Origin: Lepidodermella squamata
Taxonomy: Eukaryota > Animalia > Gastrotricha
Length of the DNA: 64,000 nucleotides
Assembly: GCA_047495785.1 (NCBI GenBank)
Contig: JBLDXI010000013.1
Coordinates: 682,001 to 746,000 of the forward strand
Direction of reading: 5' to 3'
In this document: piece by piece, positions 25,641-37,107 of the stretch
Position numbering within the stretch: the stretch's first letter is position 1
Layout: each line of letters begins with the position of its first letter
Made by a program: the position numbers and the translations under genes
The notes under the pieces: model-generated
The model's database searches: none
Told to the model about the DNA's origin: nothing
What the model saw: the letters and a program-made list of their open reading frames with translations, nothing else

Positions 25641-25730
25641 TTGAGACATACCTTATTTACTTGGGGCCGCGAGTGATCAACTCGACTCCGCTCGCTTCGC
25701 TCGCTCCGTCTCGTTGATCACTGGCGGCCC
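25641..25730. repeat. Palindromic hairpin repeat, copy 1
   Basis: GGGCCGC-G-AGTGATCAAC..GTTGATCACT-G-GCGGCCC stem around TCGACTCCGCTCGCTTCGCTCGCTCCGTCTC, preceded by TTGAGACATA..TTATTTACTT. Confidence 0.85.
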
Positions 25731-26342
25731 TGAACTATGAAATTGACTGATAAAGCTTATTATAGTATACATTTACTGTACATTTATAGTATAAAGTTTA
25801 CATTTACCTTTTGGAACCCGTATATACACCGTTAGATCCTACAATCAATGCAGGACGAACGACTTATCGATAAAAAATGGCTATAGTGGAATACCATAGT
25901 TTGCCTCCAAGCATGTATATCAGACATTTTCAGCTGCCACCGCGACACTGACCTAAGGGCACTAATTTTACGTGAACAACCACCGGTACCAGAGGTAATT
26001 TCCAGCTCGCGCTCAAAACTATCTGCAAACCCGTTTTCATTCTTTCATTTTTTTGTATTCATTATTCGAAATCCTTCTAGCTTCCAGCTGCCAACAGCTT
26101 ATCCCATCCCGATTTATGTTGTTTACTTTGTACTTATTGTGCGTTACCATTGTTGAGAAGCAATTCGAAAACGATTAGAGGGATGAAGGAGATAAAAATT
26201 ATGGACGCTCGGGCTAGGCGACACGCACCCCGCCGTTCCATGAGACTTACCAGGTCTCTTGCGCCGTTCGGGCGATACGATCTCGTCCTTTGGGTCGCAC
26301 TCACTCCATGTATATTCATCCAAGAGGTTGCATGATTGATGA

Positions 26343-26438
26343 TTGAGACATAGATTACAATTTATTCACTTGGGCCGAGCGTGGTCAACTCGACTCCGCT
26401 CGCTTCGCTCGCTCCGTCTCGTTGACCACGCGCGGCCT
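26343..26438. repeat. Palindromic hairpin repeat, copy 2 (direct repeat, 708 bp downstream)
   Basis: Same core; stem CGTGGTCAAC..GTTGACCACG carries compensatory changes; same TTGAGACATA..TTATT.ACTT leader. Confidence 0.85.
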
Positions 26439-27012
26439 TGTTCATATTTATGCCCATATCTTTTTTTGCAAGTTGTCAATACAACTAATTTAATGACATT
26501 TAACGAATGGTGAAGGAAAAACTCATTCAGCAGTGGATAAGGTTAGCTTGTCGCAAGCTTCAAGTGAGATGGTCACCCTTGGATTCAAAATAGGCGACAA
26601 GCTAACGTTCTAAAAGCAAATAAAAAACGCCAAGAGCAAGAGGAGAGGACTTTATGCGTCGAAACTGACCAGGAAGTTTGTCGATCGAAGGACGGATAGA
26701 TCATGATGGCAAATGAACTGGCGGAAAATCAGGTTGAAGCCTGGAAAATCATGAGGCCCAAAATGACTAGAAATAGCTTTTCCGACTACTGAATCCTTAC
26801 TGCTTACTGCTTGGAAGATTTAGGAAGTAGTCTAACCTAGCAAGCATTTGGAGGCTACTCATGTAAACTTATGGGATTGATTGAGGTGTCGATGTGATGT
26901 TCTAGGTTAATAATTGCCAGGTTAAAAAACGAAAAAGAAAAGTTACTCGCTCTTCAGGCTAAACAACCTCCACAGCTACTCAACGCGAAATATTGCTAAC
27001 ATTTCCGCTTAA

Positions 27013-27236
27013 CACTTCAACTGCCAAAAATAGACCGCGAGATCGATATTTGGATCCAACACCTAGGTCTGTCAAAAGTCCTGTTTATCGGGTCAACGAT
27101 GCGTCGTATGGCAAAATGTAGGCCATGACCCGGCGGTTCTTTTGACACCGAATGTGTGGCCACGAGGTCTGAGCAGGTCTTTGAAAATGACTGTGCAAAA
27201 CATCGAAATTTTGATCTGTTTTTGGCAGTTAAAGTG
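27013..27236. mobile_element. Non-autonomous TTAA-specific MITE (piggyBac-like)
   Basis: TIRs CACTT[C/T]AACTGCCAAAAA[T/C]AGA at both ends, flanked by TTAA at 27009-27012 and 27237-27240; no ORF. Confidence 0.8.
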
Positions 27237-27459
27237 TTAAACCTTCCATTTCAAATAAACTCAAATAAACTTTCTCTTTCATTCAACTTGCTAAGCTGCC
27301 CTCTTCTGGGCGATATGGCTTCTAAATAAAAAAATAATAATAAAATCCATACCTAACGCCGCCCCTGTCTAATCTGATCTCTATGCTCCTTCCATAATAA
27401 TTAGGTATACAAATTTTTTCATTACACTGTGACAGAAATTGTTAGGTAACAAAAACAAA

Positions 27460-27830
27460 ATGCGTCAAGAGTCAAGAGGCTATTCTATCTCTCTAACAAA
27501 ATTGTGCTTCTTAAATACCTACATCATGCTTACATCGAAGGTGCAGAATACTCTGAGCCACTGAAAACCTTAGGTATGGTAACGTTTGAAATGAGACGCT
27601 TCCAGAGGGATATTATCTTTCTGCACAAAATCTACCAAACTATTTCCGAGCTAAAGTTTGCGTATTTATTTGTTATTTTGCAGCGTAAAAATGGTCCGTC
27701 TCATCAAAATAAGGCTGCAATACATAGAACACACGTTTTTCAATGGCACTGGAGATACGTGGAGAGGTCTTTCTAATGACTTAGTTTGTACATAGTTGAA
27801 GTTGTACAAACTTAGTTGTGGTAAGTTGAA
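27460..27830 (+). mobile_element. 3' fragment of a CR1/L2-type non-LTR retrotransposon ORF2
   Basis: YSEPLKTLGMVTFEMRRFQRDIIFLHKIY matches the Y..RL..LGL..LE.RR...D....+KI C-terminal motif; followed by a short TAGTTG-like repetitive tail. Confidence 0.6.
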
Positions 27831-28038
27831 ATTGAATCAGTTTTTCAATGGTCCAAATAGCCCGCATCGTGGTCCACATTTCTATACTTGGAGCGAGCTT
27901 GGACGATTTTTTGCTGATTTTCTAGGAATTATTAAAATATTGCCAAGCTGAATTTGCATTATATTGAAAAGCACGTCCAGCCATGATCTTTTTCCAGCTA
28001 CACCATGTGGGTGTGGCGCACGTGCTGTCAACAAAGAT

Positions 28039-29170
28039 TCTAGAGTGAAACCTCCACATTTTTGTATGGCTGGAGGTTGTGATTTTTTGAGATTTATTGA
28101 GATCAGGTTTTAGCTTCTCTATGAAGCAAGCTTCTGCTGATTTCACTTGGAAATTACTATTATATAAATAATCGACGGTACGAAAAAATTTTGGTATTCT
28201 GGAAAACTTCACTATGACACATCTTTTTGTGGTGAGCCATAGCATAGTTCTCAGCACCATTCTGGCACGCCCCATGATGTTCCATCAATCTCGTGTTGAA
28301 CGATCTCCCGGATATACCGATGTAGAAACTGGGGCACTCGGGTATCGGACATTTTAGTTTATATACGACGAACCTTGCATTTTGATCCACTTTCAACCCA
28401 TAAATGCACGAGTAGCAAGTCAGATTAGTAGTGCATTCATCTTTCCAGAACTTCGACTTGACGAGCAACCTCGAATTAGTGGCCGTTGTCCATATGATCC
28501 GAACCGGTTGTTTACATTCCTCAGCGAATTTCCTTGCAATTTGGGTCGCCTTGCGTTCGAATCTCTTGCCAAAATAGTCCAAAACAGTGGTCTCGGTACA
28601 TTCGCAACCTTCTCATTTCCCTTCTTGGTGACCGGGTCAGGGTCCAGGGCTATTTTTACCAACTTTTCAGCAAACTTGTCTGAATACCCAGAATCCAATA
28701 GAGTCTGTATGATGGTGTTGCGGGCGTACGCACTTGCATCTGGGCTGCAATTCTGTGCCACGCGTTTGGCGAAGTTTAGTGCCGTATTGTAGATGTAGAG
28801 CATCGATCTCGGGTGGTTAGAGTTAGCGTGGAGGATGGTTGTGGGGGCTATTGGTTTCCGGTAGAAGCGGCGTGACAAATCATTCTGCTTGACTATGAAG
28901 TTCAGGTCGAGCACATTTAGCACGCCGTTAATATCGACCTCGGACGTGAACTTGAGACTTGAGACCCCATTGTGATCCAATGTTGTTTAAATCCAGGACG
29001 AAATCTTCAACTTCGTACGCATTCGCTAGCGGTTCTTTCACCCAGAAGCAGAACACATCATCAACCATACGACGCCAAAACGTGATATTTTGATGTTCTA
29101 GATTATTAGCCTGATGATGGGTACTTGGTACCTGAAACGTCGCTGAATGTCCACACTGTCGGAATAAAAA
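28039..29170 (-). mobile_element. 5'-truncated, frameshifted Penelope-like retroelement (RT palm/thumb plus GIY-YIG endonuclease) with inverted 3' end
   Basis: FWRRMVDDVFCFW (RT), LKFTSE..LNVLDL..FYRKP..LHANSNHP (PLE thumb), VVYKLKCP..C..FYIGISGRSFNTRLMEH (GIY-YIG), EACFIEKLKPDLN. Confidence 0.9.
29106..29146 (+). ncRNA. Minimal type I hammerhead ribozyme of the Penelope-like element
   Basis: TTAGC (stem I) CTGATGA T GGGTAC-TTG-GTACCT (stem II) GAAA CGTC GCTGA; palindromic ACGT stem III; AATAAA at 29163. Confidence 0.85.
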
Positions 29171-29759
29171 TGACTCGAGGTCGCAAAACTGTTGTCATAT
29201 ATTTAAATTTTTCCGAGTTAACAACATCAAAAACCACCACTACAATCTTAGCGGTTTCGTTGATTGCTGAAATCAATGATGAAGTTTGCAAATAAACAGT
29301 ACAGCAGTACAACTCTTTACTAAAATTTAACGCACTTTGGATTCAAATTTTTCGATTCGTGATTTCGAATAACGATTAACGATCGTCTACCTCCTCGTAC
29401 CATTGCAATGGAAAGCTACGATCATGATAGCTCTGATAGATTGAGTACAGCTTTGTAAGGCGAATACGACCAGTCTGGAACCGGCTACCGCATTGGACTA
29501 CGCCCTGAAGCATTCCTTATCAATTGAACTCCACACGGGGACAGCCGTCCCGGGGAGAGTTGTTCCCTGGACAGTGAACTGCCCACTGTCCACATTCCAC
29601 CAATTCCACCCTCTTTTACCGACAACCCAAAATATTCCCGTTCCCGCTTGAGCATATTTCAAAAATATAGCGCCAAAATAAATAATACTTTATGTAAATC
29701 ATTACTAATATTTTAATTTATATTAAATTAAAATTATATAATTATTACGGGTGATTGCT

Positions 29760-30110
29760 GAATTGCAAACATTTGCTCCTGATTTCGCCAAGGTACCGTT
29801 CCTCTGGGAAAGACGCAGTCCTTCTAAAGGCCTGCGGATTGAGTTTGTCGAAGACTCGACCTTCAAGCTGTCGTCAGCCCCCACACGTCAGCCTTTTTGG
29901 TTCAAGGAGTCATGCTCTTTTCGCTCCTCGCCTGTCTTATGTCTTGTGGCCATTGGCCATGTTAGGTCTTGTTAAGCAGAAGAAGTGCCCTTGGGAGGAG
30001 GGAGGAGGGAGGCATTGACTAAAATCCACGTGACGGATGCTTCCGCAGTGGCACTAAAGGGTGCAAACGTAGCCAGTCATATCGGGAGGGACAATCTACA
30101 ATCTATAATC
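29760..30110 (+). mobile_element. Highly decayed Ty3/gypsy pol (RT-RNase H) relic
   Basis: YVLWPLA.L.KQKKCPWEE and REALTKIHVTDASAVAL.G, in shifting frames, resemble the RT connection and the RNase H TDAS motif. Confidence 0.4.
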
Positions 30111-30382
30111 ACCCTCCTTCCGTCACATACGGAGTGTAAAGATTCACAGCTCACTGGGCACATCCGCTTGCTTGTTGTTGTCCCCATCCTCCTCTTCGTC
30201 TGCCTTGAATCCTCCCTGTCCCTTGTGTCCTAATATTTTGGAAGTGGCACAGATGATAAATAGCTCACTAGTTATTGAACAAGACAAGTTAATATCGTTG
30301 CAGGTTCTTATTGTGTGCACTATTTTATCACTGATCACTGAGAATGTATTTTCCTGTAGCATATAGAAGTTTGATTATTACA

Positions 30383-31061
30383 ATGGGCGATAATCCGTAC
30401 TCATCGGCTCTGCTCTCCCCTTACTTGGACTTCGACCCGGCCGTGTTACAACAGGTAGGCGCTTTACTTGATCGATGCATTTTTATATTTTATTTTCCAA
30501 AGGATGACCCTTACATTTACATGGATGCTAGCTCAAAAAATAGAGGTAGATTCGAGCTTATGTTTTCACAAATTGGTGGTGCAGTTGTCGTGGGTATGTT
30601 TCTTCGGTGTTGATTTTTGGCTTGTATTCATTTTTTATTTGTTCAGGCGGCGCGGTCGGAGGGGGCACGGGCCTATATCGGGGCTTAGCAGAAACCTCCA
30701 AACAAAAATTGGCCGGTGCCGTATTCCGAACTCAAATGCTAAATTTTCTAGCAAAAGACATGGCTCGATCTGCTCAGACGTTGGGCGTCGTGGGTAAGCT
30801 GTGCGCTTTCCATTTGAATTACTTGAAATGCTGGTTTCAGCTCTTTTGTACAGTATATTCGGAACTGTTCTGAGCAAAGCTCGTGGTGCTGACGATGAGT
30901 TGAACACATTGACCGCAGGAACAATGACTGGTATGATGTATCGCGCATCTGGTGGCCCTAAAGCCATTGCTCGTGGTGGAGCAGCTGGCTTCCTACTTTC
31001 ATCTGCTTATTGTGCCTACGCTAGCTACCCAAAATGGCTGGAAATCTTTGGCAGAAATTAG
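30383..31061 (+). CDS. TIMM23: Mitochondrial import inner membrane translocase subunit Tim23, 4 exons
   Basis: LSPYLDFDP, RGRFELMFSQIGG, RTQMLN, AQTLGVVALLYSIFG, RGADDELNTLTAGTMTGMMYRASGG. Confidence 0.93.
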
Positions 31062-31248
31062 TTTTCAAAATTATTTTGTTGTTTGCTGTCTTAAAAGAAT
31101 GCTTACCGAAGTCATAGATTTTGTAAAAAGACATTAGTCATAAGAAGTGCGTAACATCGAAGCGAGATAGTTATAGCTATTTTCTACTGATGTGAAATTT
31201 ATTTTAGTGGTTTTGTGAATTTATTGGTGATCGCAATTCCCGATAGTC

Positions 31249-31596
31249 ATGCATCACATCGATTCGCGACTCGCCGAATTTTTGGCGAAATGCCCACGAA
31301 ATGGCATGGTGGTCCGACCAACGTTGTTTCTACATCAGAAAATTGGTAATTTTATTCCATCTTTCATATTGCTATGTTAATGATGATTATTTTCAGATCA
31401 TTCCTACCATGTCGAAAATAACAACTCGAATAAGGAAGTTACCCTCAAGAAGACTGCGTTCACGGAAAATGGTCGCGCCATCAAGAAGTACCGGCGCGAT
31501 GAGCTCGTCAAAATGAAAGAATCCTGCCACCACTTGCCTCCTCCGGTGGAATTATTTAAAGATGAAATTTTGGTTCTGCAAATTTTCAGGCTATGA
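31249..31596 (+). CDS. 98-aa protein with canonical eIF4E-binding motif (exons 31249-31345, 31397-31596)
   Basis: A 51-nt GT-AG intron gives an open 297-nt CDS containing IKKYRRDELVKMKESCHHLPPP (YxxxxL-phi); AATAAA lies downstream. Absent from the ORF track. Confidence 0.6.
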
Positions 31597-32092
31597 AGAT
31601 CTTCCAGAGAAGGAATCTGTCTTCTCAACAAACTGTGAACTTTCAGTATTTGTTGCTATCCATGTGTTTTTATTTATCTACACACATTTTGGTTACTAAA
31701 GCTGCCGTTTATCATTTATCCGAATGCAAATAAACATGCAAACGCTCATATTTACTGTAATCTAGTCGTTCGCCTGTAACTCTACAACAGTGCGAGACTT
31801 TCAAATAAAAAATAGCGCTCAATTCGGTGCCTATTCGTTTTGACCATTAATCAGCTGTAAATTGCAGCCAATTGCCGTATGATGTCGTCGATTTACGATT
31901 TCTTGAACAATGAGTTTCATCATGGGATAGCTAAAATAATCCGATCTCATTTATTTACAAAAAACTGATAAAGAAATAGCTACTCTTAGTATGGAGAAGA
32001 GCCATACTCCAAGCACCAAAATACATCATGAAAGCTTCGAAGTCACATAAAATCTGAGTTTGGATCCAAGTTGATGGTTATTGATATTTATG

Positions 32093-35000
32093 TCACCTGA
32101 TCCAGAATCCATAAGTAAGACTAGCAGCCATTGTCGACATAAAAACGACTTCAAAGAGGCCATTCTTTGACAGCAGGGTTGCGTTGTTGGAAAGAACGCA
32201 TCTACGCCCAGGTCGACAGTTCAGGTACGCGTTTTCATTAGCCGACATGCCTGCAAAGGCATAGAAAGTGGAATTCGAGCGAACGTTGTCGTAATAGTTG
32301 AAGACCTTGGCGAGTGGTAGTTGAGTATTTCTAACGAATGAGACTCGCTTGAACTGGGCGTAAACGCAGTGCTCTTCTTCAAGAGCGTCAAAATAGAAAA
32401 CCAGGTTTCCTTGGCCGGTCTCCACCCTCTTTAACGATGAAGTAGATGCCAAGCCAACGGAGCTTCCAGACTGAGTAATCTTAGAATCTTCTCGAATTCT
32501 ATTCAAGACTTCAGTTGATTCCAAGTCCGCAATGAATCCAGTTGGAATGCCGATTTCAACAACACACATACCTGATCTTGCGGCAATTGAAATCGGTCTA
32601 CACAGGAAGATTGAAAAACAGCAATGAAAGAGAAAGAATGGCCACTTACCTCACGCAGCTTCTCAACGTATAGTCATTTTTAAGAGGAGCAACATCGACG
32701 GGAGAAAGCATGACGATGGAATAATCTCCCGAATCCGTTGCTACGGGTGCCAAAACGTTATACTTGGCCGCCAGCTGTATCAAGCCGAATCCTACGCCAC
32801 TTACATTCAAAACTACGCTGCTTAGGTGCTGTTGGTCACGAGGTAGATCATAACTAGCCAGCAATTTCGAATTATCCTCGTCGATGGAAAATATTCTACT
32901 AATGGGAAGAGAGCCATCGCCAAAATGGAATAAGGCCGAAATCTTTAAATTTTTCTTGGATTTCTGAAATCGTGCAGCGAATTGGGCTAAAGCTTGAAGG
33001 CCAACAACAGTGTCCTGAGTTGACGAAAAGCCCCCGAGAGAATTTCGCTGAGTTATCAACCACCGAGCGACTTGAGAAGCTTCAACGAGCATGTCATGGT
33101 TACACAGACTCAACAGAGCGTAAGCTGATGTTTCGATTTGATACGAGTCGCTTTGAGAATAGTCATCAGGTCTAGTTTGATTGCTCACCGTAATCCAATA
33201 CATCAAATCACCATCCTTCTTAGCAACTGCAATGAGGCGCTTCAAAGCTGTCTCTGACAATAATCTATCACTTGGTAGCATAGAGAAAGCGTAGGCAACC
33301 AAAGCCAGCTGATAAAAATCGTCCACCGAATCGGCTGTCGCAATTCTGGCTAAACGAGTCCGAGTGTCATCCAATGATGACCATTTGTAAGAGGTTGGCG
33401 CATCCGCCTCTGCATAAGCGATGTAAATATACGCAGCAAGATTTTCATCACTAGTTGCACCCCCCTTCATCGAGTGATGAAGCACTTTGCCAGGTTCCGC
33501 GAAGGTTCCATCAGGCTTGGCGTTCGACTTCAGGTAGCTCCAGGATTTCTCGAATATGTTATTGTCAATTTGAGTGCCAACATGCTTTCTAGCAGCATTG
33601 AAGCACCGCATGACAAAAGCGGTCAACCAGGTTGAAGAATCAGTGTCACTAGCTCCGAAAGCACTGTAGCCACCGTCACTCCTCTGGTATGTGAGTTCGC
33701 GCTGGTAACCCTGCTCGACAAACCGAGTCGTCTTCAATTCCAGATCGGATGTCAGTGAGTTGACCGACTTGAGGTACTTGTAGATGTACACGTTCGGCGC
33801 CAGAATGACCATGGTCTGCTCGCCACACCCAGTCGGCAACCGAATCTGGGCGCCGAGCGATGTCAACGCTGGGCCCAACAGGTCGCCTATGGCCTGAAGC
33901 TGGAACATTCTCGAGCCCGGGACAATCACCTGCTGCGTCGTAGTTCCCAGCATCTGGTCGACGTTGATTGTGTACGTCTGCGTCGACTGCGAATCGAAGC
34001 GGATGAAAATCGGTCGATTGGCGTACTTGATCTCACCCTCTGGTTCGACAGTCACTACCTTTTCCATCGCATCCTGATCTGAGGCCGAGCTACCGCTGAG
34101 TTTCATCTTGATTTCACCCAACCGTTTAGGTTTGATCCAAATCGAGACAGATGTGCCGTCATTAGCTGGAACTGTGACTGAGCGGGTCAGTTGAGCCGAG
34201 GCGTAGGTGTTGCCGTCATCAGAGCTGATTTCAAAGTCAGCTGATTGGTCTAGTACCAAATTAACCGTCTGCGGCGATGGTTGGTAATTCATAACAATAG
34301 CCTTGGCTTCGAATATTTCGTTGCGAATGACAGTGGAAAATGGCACGTCAAGATTGACAAAGAAAGGTTTAAAGACTGTTAATTCAGCAGGTGACTCAAG
34401 TGCGCCAAATCCGCTCTCAGCGCCAATTGCAATGATAGAGAGCAACCATGTCGTCATCGAATCTGGGACAGTCAAAGGTAGGACGAAATCTCCCTTAGTA
34501 CTGCATAAGCCAAATTAGAAGAAATGGGATTAAAGAGCAAAGATCTAAACCTTGTCATATTCCTGGTGAATATGAAAACTTCGGGAAAAAGCTTCCGAGT
34601 TTGAAACGAGGATTCGCCACGCTGTTTGATGGTTGGCCTCGAGTTGGCAGCTGGCAACAACGGCATGTTTTCAGCCCTCTACAAAGCATACTGTCAGCTA
34701 TTCCAGATAATACAAAAAAATAATTTGTTTAACCTGTCGCATTTTTGCATTGCTATAAACAGCCATATGGATTCCCTGACGGAAAAAGATGTTGTTAAAA
34801 TGTGTGAGACAGCAGAAGAAGATGCCATCAACTTACGCGAAAGACTCTCTCAGGATCGGAGCTGTCAATCCACCAAGGCCACCACCCGCATCTCCCACAA
34901 AGGTACGAAATGGGCCCGTCTCTTCTTGCGCCATTCACAGAGCTCAAAACATCGTCTAATGTGATGTCGTTGCCTGACTTGAGTAGCTTAGCACTTTTGT

Positions 35001-37107
35001 CAATAGCAAGCAATGCGACCATGGAACCCGGTTCCGAAGTCGTAACAGAAAGTGTCGTCTGTTCTCCTGGCCCTACCACTGACGGACTGAAGGAAGCTGT
35101 CACTTTTTGGCGAACAAATCCGTCGACTTGGAACTCAATAGCATCTGCAAGAATTTCGTTGGTCGTACTCTCAACCGTCCAGACGAGTGCAGCACAACGA
35201 GGAGCACATCGGTTCGGTAGAATGACATCAACAGTGAACGTTGCCGAGTCAGAAGTTTTCGAGGAGGGTGTTTCTAGCTTTCTGTAGTCAAACGTCTCGC
35301 CAGCATTAGACATAACGAAGTAAACAAAAGTTGCCGGGTAACTGGTGTGAAGTTTGAACGTAAGCCTTTCGCCAACTTTAGGAATTATCGCCGCGGCTGA
35401 TATCGCGCGACTGATGTAAATGGCTACTGACTGCTTGCTTTCGCTGTTTGGCAAGCTGCGAACTTCACATATTAGGATGGAGGGATGCTTTCGTAGGAAA
35501 GCTTTGAAAAGGATCGAATCAGTTTCTTTCGGCGTTGACACCTCAATAGAAACAACACCCGCCTCGTCGGTTCTCAAAGTAGTAGAAGTGTCCGGCTCTC
35601 GCTCGGTAGACCGGACATCTCCGCTGCTGTAACAACTGCCCAGGTAGCGGGTATTGTCCTTTGCTGTCCATATGTAAGCTTGTAAAACGACTTCCATTCC
35701 AGCCCCAACAGGGGTGCCATCCGCTTTCAGAACTTGCATTCTCATTATGAAGGGCAAACCTGGTTTCAGTGTTTTCTGTACAGAATCGTGAACTTTGATT
35801 TTGAAAGGTTCTCGATACAATATGACCATTTCTTCAGATACCCTTGATTCGCCCGTAAGTTCCTCGGTCACGTTTAGCTCGAGTTTTACGTTGCATATCG
35901 GCGTCATCATTGACTGAGTCGATTTAACAAAATTGTTCAGGCCTTTGACACGGAAATACCCGTCGTCTGTAGTACCATTACCACTAAGTTCCACGGCGAA
36001 ATCAATGGAGCTCATCGAAAGGAACATGCCCAAGTAAATGTCCGTATGAGGATTGCTGCACCCGCCAGACTTTATCGAAACAGTAGCCTTGCCGCGAACC
36101 GATTTCCCGTACGTGTACTTGGCTCGAATGTATCCCTCGTAAGATGCTTCCTCTGGATCGTACGTCCAGTAGCTGCGTGGTATGTCGACAGTAACCTCAA
36201 ATTTCGGGAGAACGTATAGCTGAACTGTCACAATTTTTTCCGTCGTCGGAATTTCCTTTCCGGTGACAACAATTTTCCAGCTTCCGAAGTTGACGTAGTC
36301 TGAAATAGTTAACGCTGATTCGAAAGAGCCGTAATCTAAACGCTGGTTTTTCCACTGCTTGATTCTATTTCCCTTCGCATCTTCGATGGCGATATTAATC
36401 TGCCCCTTGAGTGGCATCAATTTCCGATTCAGACAGACAATTCGCACGTTCATGACTTGTGACGGCTTATACATAGCTTTATCAGTCTGAATGAATACAA
36501 ATCTATCAACCACACCAGTGGCTTGAGTCGAGTAATCCGTGAAGTTTCGAAGACCACTTGAAGTGAAGTCGATTGTAACTCGCACGCTGATGAGGCTGGA
36601 AAAGGTTGATACCTTCTGCGGGTTCAGCAAAACCGCAATCTATAGGATGTGTAAAAGGTTTGCAAATGGCTTACCTCGAAAATGTGCTGCTGTAAGCCAT
36701 CTGATCGAACGAGACATAATAGCCACAAATACACGCAAAATTTGGGTAGGGAAGCGCACTTACATGTAGTTTGAGTGAATTTCTGTTCGGCCAAAACTTC
36801 TTGTTCTGCATCAGAATTACTCAAAAGCTTGGCTGTAAATGTAACCGGCAGCGTGTAGTGTTCGTTCTCGAATAGGACCAAGTTTATTTTGAAATCACTA
36901 GATGGTTGAATGATCGTCGGATGAGTTAAAACAAATCTGTATTAGAATATAGAATAGGTCACTAATCATGAGGAATCTAATGAGGATTTGAACTCTCATG
37001 GTCTGCACTTACTTAACCGGTTCTGCAGTTTCAAATTTGGTTTGGAGTAAGACTATTTGCGAAGCCGCTGCCACGTGTAATAGCATAGCAATCGAAACAA
37101 TCTTCAT
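32093..37107 (-). CDS. CD109/TEP-like thioester protein, paralog 1 (single bait exon)
   Basis: Signal peptide MKIVSIAMLLHVAAAS; FIQTDKAMYKP; YVLPKFEV; RKLFPEVFIF; PDSMTTW; thioester GCGEQ (33816-33830); His motif GKVLHHSMKGG; GGFSSTQDTVVGLQAL; MG8 domain; hydrophobic GPI-like tail. Confidence 0.93.

Noticed and set aside
25815-25840. AACCCGTA, resembling the 5' end of miR-100
   Set aside because: The match stops after 8-9 nt and no precursor hairpin is evident.
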